A stretch of 64,000 nt of DNA from Planctomycetota bacterium (GTDB lineage: Bacteria; Planctomycetota; Phycisphaerae; Phycisphaerales; UBA1924): assembly GCA_039186605.1 (NCBI GenBank), contig JBCCZZ010000001.1, positions 155,252-219,251 of the forward strand, in the 5' to 3' direction. How positions within the stretch are numbered: position 1 is the stretch's first letter; every line of letters begins with the position of its first letter. Below are positions 19,135 to 26,953 of the stretch, in pieces. Under the pieces are notes generated by a model that was not told the origin of the DNA, searched no databases, and was given only the letters and a program-made list of their open reading frames with translations. Both the position numbers and the translations under genes were made by a program.

Positions 19135-20262
19135 TCAGGGGCACCCGGGGAGCCAGACCGTCAGGAAGTACCCGAGGTCGTCGAGATCAACGACGCCATC
19201 GGAGATGCCAAACCCCGGCTGACCGCTCAGCGTGGCACCGCTCGTCGTGACATCGCCGACCGGATCACCAACGAGCCAGAACCCGAGGAAATAACCGAGA
19301 TCGTCGAGATCTGCGGTGCCATCGGGCTCACCAAAGCCTGCCTGGCCCGGGAGCGTGGCGCCGGTCGTCGTCAGGTCGGCCTCGCTGCAAGCCAATACCG
19401 GGCCCTCAAAGATCGTGATGTCTAGTTCGGGCAGCGGGAAGGTGAACAGGTTCTCTGTGGCAAACCGCGCGTAGATATCGCCTAATCCTGAGCCATCGAT
19501 CGGCGAGGTGGCGCCATGGAGACCGGAGATAACCAGGCCCAGGTAACCGTTCCCGATCTCGGTCACGAGATAGTCATTTATCCGGTTATCTGATGCGGCG
19601 ACTGAGAACGTGATCGCGGCACCGTCTTGGATACGCTCGGTGCCCCCAAACATCTGGGTCTGTGTGGTCTGTCCTACAGCGAATGGGCGGGCTTCGATCA
19701 CATCATCAACATTGCTGAGAACGGATTCCGGTGTACCACCTTCACCCGCTTGGACCGGCTGGACCGAGTACTCGCCACCCGAGATGAGCGGCGCGTTCGC
19801 CGCCTCCCAAGTCATGAAATCGAACGTGTCGGTGAGCCCTGCGCCGAAGAGCGAGAGGGGGCGGCCCGGATCCGAGTCGGTCGAGGTCCCGGCGGGCGGA
19901 TAGGTATCGATCGAGTCGTAGGTCGGGTCGTAGATGATCGTGTCCAACGGATCGCCCGTGCTCGAGTTGAGGATGTACGTGGTCAGATCGAGAGTGACCT
20001 GCGGGTTCGAGAATCCAGAGAGATCGATGCCGGAGGTATCAAACACCAGGACGAAGAAACTCAACCGATCAGGATCGGCTGGGACTCCGAAAGGAGAAGC
20101 GAAGACAGCCGCACTCGTACGTACAAGGCCATTCACTACCGGGGGATAGTGATAGACGTCGTAAGCAGGGTTGAGGGTGAATGTCTGAGCAGCGGACGGA
20201 GCGGCAGCGCAGGCCGCGAACACTGCTGCGGAAAGTGTCCCGATGGTCTTGCGGGTATTCAT
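19135..20262 (-). CDS. Secreted protein with two C-terminal dockerin/EF-hand-like repeats
   Basis: Signal peptide MNTRKTIGTLSAAVFAACAAAPSAAQ. A tandem ~36-aa repeat ATLxGQxGFGxxDGxxDLDDLGYFLxxWL occurs at the C-terminus. Confidence 0.5.
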   Translation of the reverse strand: MNTRKTIGTLSAAVFAACAAAPSAAQTFTLNPAYDVYHYPPVVNGLVRTSAAVFASPFGVPADPDRLSFFVLVFDTSGIDLSGFSNPQVTLDLTTYILNSSTGDPLDTIIYDPTYDSIDTYPPAGTSTDSDPGRPLSLFGAGLTDTFDFMTWEAANAPLISGGEYSVQPVQAGEGGTPESVLSNVDDVIEARPFAVGQTTQTQMFGGTERIQDGAAITFSVAASDNRINDYLVTEIGNGYLGLVISGLHGATSPIDGSGLGDIYARFATENLFTFPLPELDITIFEGPVLACSEADLTTTGATLPGQAGFGEPDGTADLDDLGYFLGFWLVGDPVGDVTTSGATLSGQPGFGISDGVVDLDDLGYFLTVWLPGCP

Positions 20263-20412
20263 TTCTTGCCTCTTGCGCAAGTATTTGCGCCGGATGGGGT
20301 CTGGAGGGTTCATCGATCCGACGGGTGCCGGATTGCAGCCTCAGCCACCTGCAATAGCGACTGAGACCCAGTCTCAACGAGTGTACGACTGACCCCCCGC
20401 TTTAGTCAAAGC

Positions 20413-23001
20413 TCATGCACCCGAATCGAGGCGGATCGAGGCATTGATCACGGCGAGGTGGCTGTAGGCCTGGGGGTGGTTCCCAAGGGCCACCGACTGG
20501 GCCGGGTCGTACTGCTCGGGGAGCAGCCCGGTGGGCCCGGCCAGAGCGCAGAGGTCGGTCAGCAGGGCTCTAGCTGCAGCAACCCGGCCGATCAGTACCA
20601 GCGACTCGATCAGCCAGCCCGTGCAGATCAGGAACCCGCCCTCGCGGCCGGCGAGCCCGTCGTCGTAGCGGTAGCGCCACACGGCGGGGCCCTCGCGGAG
20701 TTGCTCATCCACCAGTTCCACGGTCTTAACGAACCGCTCATCCATGGGATCGAGCATGCCGGTCAGCCCGACGAGCAGGGCCGAGGCATCGGGGTCGGGA
20801 TAGCCGTACGCGGTCGTGAACGCGCCGGTGTCGGGATCGACGCCGTTGCGGAGCAGATCGGACTTGATCTCCTCGGCGAGCGCGGCCCATTCGGGCTTGT
20901 CGCGGCCTGTGAAGCGTCGGGCGATCCGAGCACCGCGGTCTGCAGCGAGCCAGCACATGGCGCGGGAGTGGACGTGGTGGCGTCTCGCGAGGCGTATCTC
21001 CCAGATGCCGTGGTCCGGCTCATGCCAGCGTTTTTCGACGGCGGAGAGCAGAGACTCGGTCAGCCGCATGTGCTCGGCGCTGATGGGGGCGCCGCGTTCG
21101 CCGAGCTCGTCGATGAGCTCGATGATCGGGCCGATGACATCGAGTTGGATTTGTGCACTCGCGGCGTTGCCAACACGGACCGGACGGCTGCCCGCGTAGC
21201 CGGCCAGTTCGGTGATCTCTGCCTCGGGAGGTAGATCGCCGCCCGTGACGCTGTAAATCGGCCGGATGCGGTCTGGGCTCGGCAGTTCATCGACGATGTT
21301 GAGGCACCAATCGAGGAAACGCATCGCCTCCTGTGTTGAGCCGAGGCGCACGAGCGCCAGGGCACTCATCGATGCGTCGCGGGGCCAGCAGAAGCGGTAG
21401 TCCCAGTTTCGAACGCCCCCCAGGGTCTCGGGGAGGCTCGTCGTAGCGGCGGCGGAGAACGCGCCGGTCGGACCGTACGCGAGAGCGCGGAGGGTGAGGG
21501 CGCTACGCCGGACGAGGTCGGTGTGCAGGCCCGGCAACTCGAGCTTGTCAGCCCACTTCGTCCAGCCGTGGGCGGTCTCGCTCCGCCTTGCCGCCTCGTC
21601 ACGGGAATCGGGACGGAGGTTGCCGGTGCCGCACCGGAGTTCGAGCATGAGCGGCTCACCGGCCTTCAGGGTGATCTCGGCTGTGGCCGTCACGTGCTGG
21701 CCCTCGCGGTGGAGTTCCCAGTTGACACCAGGCGCACGGAGGACGATGGGGTCCACGGTGTCAGAGACGCTGAGCCCCTCATCGGTTACATCGAATGCGG
21801 TCGCGGTTCGGCCGAAGTCCAGACGCGGAGCAAACTCGATCCGGACGGGGCCCTTGCCTTCAAGCACACGGATCAGGTCGGTGCGGCCGGCACGCTGTGT
21901 GGCTCGCCCGCCCGAGGTGTCGAGATAGTCGGTCACCGAGAGATCAGGCCAGGACGTTCGCAGGACCAGCGAGTTGCTGTCGTAGGCCTGTTTGGGTTCC
22001 CCGCCCGAGAGGGGATGGACTGTGAAGTGCCCGGCGGCGTCGCCGCCCAGCAGGTCGGCGAAGAGGGCGGGCGAGTCGATCCGGGGTGCGCACATCCACG
22101 TCACCCGAGCCTTAGGCGTCACAAGCGCAACGGTCCGACCATCGCTCAGGAGTGCGTGTTCCTCGATGGGAACTGCACCCTCGCCTCGGAGCCAGGCCGC
22201 GCGGTGGTCACTGAGCTTGGCCAGGATGCGGCTGACGTCCTGGGTGTCATCCACACGGAATGTCGCGAGGGTCTCGCCAACGCCGACTTTGACCGAGACG
22301 TCTGGCCCACTCATCGCGGCAAACGCGTCCTCGTCGGTGCGGTCGTCACCGAGGAAGACCGCGGCGCTCGCGCCGAAGCGCTGACGGAGTGTCGCGAGGG
22401 CCCGGCCCTTGTCGGTGGGCACGACGGCAAGCTCGATGACCTTCTTCCCACGGCGGACGTGCACACCCGGGAGGCATGCGGGCCCCGCGTTGACACGGCT
22501 TACCGCGGCGTCGGCCTCGGCTTCGGCTGCGTTGCGGTAGTGGAACGCGGTGCTCGCGGGCTTGGTCTCGATCGCGAGGCCTTGGGCCGAGCTGGCGATA
22601 TCGCCCAGCTGCTCTGTCACCCGCTCGAGCAGCCGGCGCTGGGCAGGGGTGAGCGAGTCGGCGAAGCCCACGTCGAACTCGCTGCCGTGGCTGCCGACCA
22701 GATGGACACCTGCCGGGGAGCCGGTGAGGTCGGCGAGGTCGGCCAGCGAGCGGCCCGAGATGATTGCGGCCTCGGTCTTGTGGATCTCGGCGAGTGTGCG
22801 CACGGCGATGACTGCCTCGCGGTGGGGCCTGGCGTCCGCGGGGTTCTCGACGATGGGCGCGAGGGTTCCGTCGTAGTCGGTTGCGACAAGCAGTACTGGC
22901 GAACGAGCGACACGGGCGATGGCCTCGTCGAGGGTCTCGGCGGGGCGGTGCTCTGCGGGCCGTTGTTCTGAGGCGTTGTGTCGGTCGGTCATGGTTGGCA
23001 C
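20413..23001 (-). CDS. otsB: Bifunctional trehalose-6-phosphate phosphatase (HAD) / glycoside hydrolase family 15
   Basis: N-terminus has ATDYDGTLAP and FLGDDRTDEDAF HAD motifs. The C-terminal ~600 aa form a GH15 (glucoamylase/trehalase-like) alpha-alpha toroid region. Confidence 0.8.
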   Translation of the reverse strand: MPTMTDRHNASEQRPAEHRPAETLDEAIARVARSPVLLVATDYDGTLAPIVENPADARPHREAVIAVRTLAEIHKTEAAIISGRSLADLADLTGSPAGVHLVGSHGSEFDVGFADSLTPAQRRLLERVTEQLGDIASSAQGLAIETKPASTAFHYRNAAEAEADAAVSRVNAGPACLPGVHVRRGKKVIELAVVPTDKGRALATLRQRFGASAAVFLGDDRTDEDAFAAMSGPDVSVKVGVGETLATFRVDDTQDVSRILAKLSDHRAAWLRGEGAVPIEEHALLSDGRTVALVTPKARVTWMCAPRIDSPALFADLLGGDAAGHFTVHPLSGGEPKQAYDSNSLVLRTSWPDLSVTDYLDTSGGRATQRAGRTDLIRVLEGKGPVRIEFAPRLDFGRTATAFDVTDEGLSVSDTVDPIVLRAPGVNWELHREGQHVTATAEITLKAGEPLMLELRCGTGNLRPDSRDEAARRSETAHGWTKWADKLELPGLHTDLVRRSALTLRALAYGPTGAFSAAATTSLPETLGGVRNWDYRFCWPRDASMSALALVRLGSTQEAMRFLDWCLNIVDELPSPDRIRPIYSVTGGDLPPEAEITELAGYAGSRPVRVGNAASAQIQLDVIGPIIELIDELGERGAPISAEHMRLTESLLSAVEKRWHEPDHGIWEIRLARRHHVHSRAMCWLAADRGARIARRFTGRDKPEWAALAEEIKSDLLRNGVDPDTGAFTTAYGYPDPDASALLVGLTGMLDPMDERFVKTVELVDEQLREGPAVWRYRYDDGLAGREGGFLICTGWLIESLVLIGRVAAARALLTDLCALAGPTGLLPEQYDPAQSVALGNHPQAYSHLAVINASIRLDSGA

Positions 23002-23006
23002 GGGGA

Positions 23007-24413
23007 TCAGGCGAGCATCGGCTGGCCGGCGAGGTCACTCAAGAAGGCATCAGCCCAGCGGAACACGTCGTGCCGGGTCACGATCTTGCGGAGCGTAGCC
23101 ATGCGTTTTCGGGCCTCGTTGCTGGTCATGTCGAGAGCCTCGGTCAGGGCGCCCGCCATGCCGTCAACGTCATGAGGATTGACCAGGATTGCGCCGCGGA
23201 GCTCGGCGGCGGCACCGGCGAACTCGCTGAGCACGAGTACGCCGTCGGATTCGAGCCTGCACGCGCAGTACTCCTTGCACACCAGGTTCATGCCGTCGCG
23301 GAGAGGCGTGACCATCAGAATGTCAGCGGCGAGGTAGAAGCTGATCAGTTCTCGGATGGGCAGGCCCCTGTACAGGTAGTGGACCGCGACCCAGCCGGGG
23401 CTGGCGTGCTGGCCGTTGATGCGACCAACGATCTGCTCGATGTTGGCCCGCTCGGTGGCGTACTCCTCGACGCCGGCGCGGCTGGGAACGGCGACCTGAA
23501 CAAAGACCACGTCGTCGGATGTCGCCTTGCCCGAGGAGAGGATCTCCTCGAAGGCCCTCAGGCGGATGTCGATGCCCTTGGTGTAGTCGAGGCGATCGAC
23601 ACCAAGGATGATCTTTCGATCACCAAGAACTGTTCGGAGTTCGTCGGCCTTTGCGATGACCTCCGGTTCCCGAGCCATCTTGTCGAAAAATGGCGTGTCC
23701 ACGCTTATCGGGAAGCATCGTGCGCGGCAGACGTGCTCATCGACCTGGAGGTCGCGATCGCGGCCCTTGGCGTCGGCGAGCATGCGCGCAGCGCGTGCGA
23801 AGTTCTGGGCACCGGAAGCTGTTTGGAACCCGACCAGGTCGGCGCCGAGCAGTCCGCGGAGGATCTCGCGACGCCATGGCATCTGTGCGAAGAGCTCTTC
23901 GGGCGGGAAGGGGATGTGCAGGAAGAACCCGATGCGGCAATCGGGGCGGAGTTTCCGGATCATCTCGGGCACCAGTTGGAGCTGGTAGTCGTGGACCCAG
24001 ATGGTGTCGCCCGGCTTGGCCTGGCTGGCCGCGGCCTTCGCGAAGCGCTTATTGATCTCGACATATGGGCGCCACCAGTGACGGTGGAACTCGGGCGGCC
24101 TGACGCAGTCGTGGTAGAGGGGCCAGAGGGTCCGATTACTGAAGCCCTCGTAGAAGGCCTCGAACTCAACCTCATCGAGGGGTACCGGGCGGTTGCGGAT
24201 GCCGTCGAGCTTAAAGGGGCGCGGGGCGGGCCCGGTCTCGCCCGCCCAGCCGACCCAGGTGCCCTCGCGTTCCTGGAGGATGGGTTTAAGGGCGCTCACG
24301 AGGCCCCCGGGACTGACCTTCCAGCCTTGGCCGTCTTTGCCACCCGTGTCCACCCGTCGAACGGGCAGGCGGTTGGCGACAACGATCAGTCTTCCTGCGG
24401 GATCCGCTGGCAT
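23007..24413 (-). CDS. otsA: Alpha,alpha-trehalose-phosphate synthase (UDP-forming)
   Basis: [10 protein letters not shown]...[11 protein letters not shown]...[10 protein letters not shown]20 family. Start taken at the internal ATG (MPADPAG); the long ORF extension upstream is not conserved. Confidence 0.9.
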   Translation of the reverse strand: MPADPAGRLIVVANRLPVRRVDTGGKDGQGWKVSPGGLVSALKPILQEREGTWVGWAGETGPAPRPFKLDGIRNRPVPLDEVEFEAFYEGFSNRTLWPLYHDCVRPPEFHRHWWRPYVEINKRFAKAAASQAKPGDTIWVHDYQLQLVPEMIRKLRPDCRIGFFLHIPFPPEELFAQMPWRREILRGLLGADLVGFQTASGAQNFARAARMLADAKGRDRDLQVDEHVCRARCFPISVDTPFFDKMAREPEVIAKADELRTVLGDRKIILGVDRLDYTKGIDIRLRAFEEILSSGKATSDDVVFVQVAVPSRAGVEEYATERANIEQIVGRINGQHASPGWVAVHYLYRGLPIRELISFYLAADILMVTPLRDGMNLVCKEYCACRLESDGVLVLSEFAGAAAELRGAILVNPHDVDGMAGALTEALDMTSNEARKRMATLRKIVTRHDVFRWADAFLSDLAGQPMLA

Positions 24414-24703
24414 GAACTGAACGTACCAGAAACCACGACCCGCTCGTGGCACCTGTGCTTCGGGACAGCGGGCGGTGGCCTGCGTATCCTCCTGACCCGG
24501 GGGGAAAGAGCCCTTCCGGCACCCCATGGAGGGGACGGCGGGGCTAGAGCCGTGAGCAGCGGCGCATGCCCGGCAGACACCAGTCAGGACCCATGCCTGT
24601 TTCGGGCACCCGTGGACGATCCTCGGGCCCCGTGAAGCCGGCCCTCGGGGCGGGCGGCTGGGACGACGTACACCGAGCACCGCACGCGAAAGGCGAGCAA
24701 CCC

Positions 24704-25015
24704 ATGAGCGACAACCCCGAGCAGCGTCAGGTCCAGCTCCGCATCGACGAGAGCAAGATGCAGACGACCTATGCCAACACGATCCGAACCTCGACAACTC
24801 AGGACGAGGTCATCATGGACTACGGCGTGAACATCCCGGTGCAGGGCCAGGACGGGCAGCCGGCGATGAACTTCGGGATCACCAGCCGCGTGATCATGAA
24901 CTGGTCGGGCGCGAAGCGTCTGGCGATTAATCTGGGTCAAGTCATCCGCGCCTATGAGGAGCGGAACGGCGAGATCGAACTCCAGCGTCCGCAGCAGCCA
25001 GGGGCCGAGGGCTGA
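24704..25015 (+). CDS. DUF3467-like small protein (103 aa)
   Basis: MSDNPEQRQVQLRIDESKMQTTYANTIR...FGITSRVIMNWSGAKRLAINLGQVIRAYEE matches the conserved pattern of the ~100-aa DUF3467 family. It is the first gene of the operon described in findings. Confidence 0.55.
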   Translation: MSDNPEQRQVQLRIDESKMQTTYANTIRTSTTQDEVIMDYGVNIPVQGQDGQPAMNFGITSRVIMNWSGAKRLAINLGQVIRAYEERNGEIELQRPQQPGAEG

Positions 25016-25056
25016 GCGAGCGCCGCTCCGAGCGGGGCCTGGGGCCCCACTGAGAC

Positions 25057-26943
25057 ATGAGTACAACCGGGACCGAACGCGAACAAGCTGCGCTCGGGCG
25101 CACGAGCCCGAACGCGGAGGGTGCCGCGCGGCTCCGTGCGTTCCTGGGTGAGCTGCTGGAGTTCCAGTGCTCGCTGGTTGGCGCAACGGGCGGTGTGGTT
25201 GTTCTACGCGAGACCAAGGTGCGCCAAGGGGGGGTGATCGCCGAGCGGGCCTGGCCCGGGGGCGGACCGCTTGATCCATCGGTCCGCGCCCGGCTTGAGC
25301 GTGCGGGTGCGGATTCGCTTCGCACGCCTGCGAGATCGAGCGTCGCGGGTCAGTTGCGGGATTTGGGTGGCAGCGGGATCTACGGCGAGGGCGAGGCGAG
25401 GCCGATGGTCGTCGTTGGGCTCTTCGCCGCCGGCATGCGTGAGGGCTCGGCGGTGCTGCTGTTACCGCCCGGGACAGACGAGCGTGACGCCCTAGACAAG
25501 CTTGAGCTGACTGCGGACCGGTTCGAGAGCTATCTGTGGTCTCAGCGTGCGATCGCCGAAGCCGAGCAGAAGACGGTGCTTCGCGAAACGCTTGAACTGC
25601 TGGACACGATGCAGCAAGGGCGAGACGCACGCGCAATGGCGTCGCTCCTGGCTCACGAGATCGCGCGGCGGTTCGGCTGCGTGCGCGTGAGCGTCGGGCT
25701 TGTCGGCAGGGATCGGATCAGGCTCTCAGCGGTGAGCGGCTCGGACGACCCTGACCCAAAGGGTGAGGCAGCCGAAGCGCTGGAAGCCGCGATGGAGGAG
25801 GTTGCTCAACAAGACGCGGAGGTGATCTACCCGGAGCCTCCAGAGGCCGAGCATGACCCGATGCTGCGGCGCGTGACTCGTGCGGCCGAAGCGCTGAGCA
25901 AACGGTTTGGGCCTACGGCGGTCATGGGACTTCCTCTGCGTGTGGAGGGCGACCTGGTCGGGGTCGCGATCCTGGAGCGGGATCCAGAAGAGCCTTTCCC
26001 GTCGGGCGCGGCTTCGCTGACAAGGCTTGTCGCGGAGTATGCGGGACCGGCGCTCTGGACGAGGCGTCTGGCGGACCGCGGGCTGATCCGGGTGGTGTAC
26101 GACTGGTGCATGGATATCGCGTCGATCCTGGTCGGGCCCAGGTACACGGCGACGAAGCTGGTGTGTGCGTTGCTGCTGGGGATTGCGGTTGCATCCGCGC
26201 TCGTGCCGATCCCCGGGCGTGTGACGGCGGAAACCCGTGTCAGAGCGGGGATGTCGCGCACGGTGGTTCCAGCGATCACGGGGTACCTGAACGGGGTCTT
26301 CGTTGAGCCCGGCGATCGGGTTGAGGTGGGCGATGAGCTGGCCCGGATCGATACCTCCGACATGGAGTTGGACCGCGCCGAAATCCTCGGTGAGTTGGCT
26401 CGGCTTCGAAGCGAGCGGGACGGCGCGGCTGCTCGGCGCAGGAACGCCGAAGTCAGGCAGCTCGAAGCGCAGATTGAGCAGCAGGACGCCAGGCTTATGC
26501 TGCTCGACCTGCGCATTAGCCGTGCCACACTGACCGCGCCGATCGACGGGGTGGTCGGCCGGGGCCGGCTGGACGAGTTGGTCGGCGCACAGGTCGATCC
26601 GAGCCGGCCGCTCTTCGAACTGGTGGATGAGGAACGGGTGCTGGTGCTTCAGGTGCCCGAGTCCGTCGTAACAAAGGTCGAGGTGGGCCAGACGGGCCGG
26701 TTTGTCTCGAAGGCAATCCCGGGCGAGAGCGTCGACGTGCGTGTCGTCTCGATTAGCCCTGTTGCCGAGCCGATCGAGGGTGGGAACGTGTACGGCGTCG
26801 AGGCCGAGATTGTTGGTGAGGTGCCGGCCTGGCTCCGCCCAGGCATGTCGGGCAAGACCAAGCTCGACAAGGGGCAGACCACGGTGATGCGTTTGCTGGC
26901 GGACCCGCTGATCGATCGGGCGAGGCTGTACCTTTGGTGGTAA
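25057..26943 (+). CDS. HlyD-family membrane-fusion/adaptor protein with cytoplasmic tandem GAF-like N-terminal domains
   Basis: Two GAF-like modules (~370 aa), one TM helix (LVCALLLGIAVASALVPI), then a biotinyl-lipoyl-like hairpin (GYLNGVFVEPGDRVEVGDELARID), coiled coil and beta-barrel, as in HlyD/MFP proteins. Confidence 0.7.
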   Translation: MSTTGTEREQAALGRTSPNAEGAARLRAFLGELLEFQCSLVGATGGVVVLRETKVRQGGVIAERAWPGGGPLDPSVRARLERAGADSLRTPARSSVAGQLRDLGGSGIYGEGEARPMVVVGLFAAGMREGSAVLLLPPGTDERDALDKLELTADRFESYLWSQRAIAEAEQKTVLRETLELLDTMQQGRDARAMASLLAHEIARRFGCVRVSVGLVGRDRIRLSAVSGSDDPDPKGEAAEALEAAMEEVAQQDAEVIYPEPPEAEHDPMLRRVTRAAEALSKRFGPTAVMGLPLRVEGDLVGVAILERDPEEPFPSGAASLTRLVAEYAGPALWTRRLADRGLIRVVYDWCMDIASILVGPRYTATKLVCALLLGIAVASALVPIPGRVTAETRVRAGMSRTVVPAITGYLNGVFVEPGDRVEVGDELARIDTSDMELDRAEILGELARLRSERDGAAARRRNAEVRQLEAQIEQQDARLMLLDLRISRATLTAPIDGVVGRGRLDELVGAQVDPSRPLFELVDEERVLVLQVPESVVTKVEVGQTGRFVSKAIPGESVDVRVVSISPVAEPIEGGNVYGVEAEIVGEVPAWLRPGMSGKTKLDKGQTTVMRLLADPLIDRARLYLWW

Positions 26944-26953
26944 GGGGCGCGCG

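Noticed and set aside
24414-24797. 128-codon 5' extension of the otsA ORF
   Set aside because: The extension is Cys/Arg/Ser-rich with no similarity to GT20 N-termini. The conserved OtsA sequence begins at the internal ATG at 24413.
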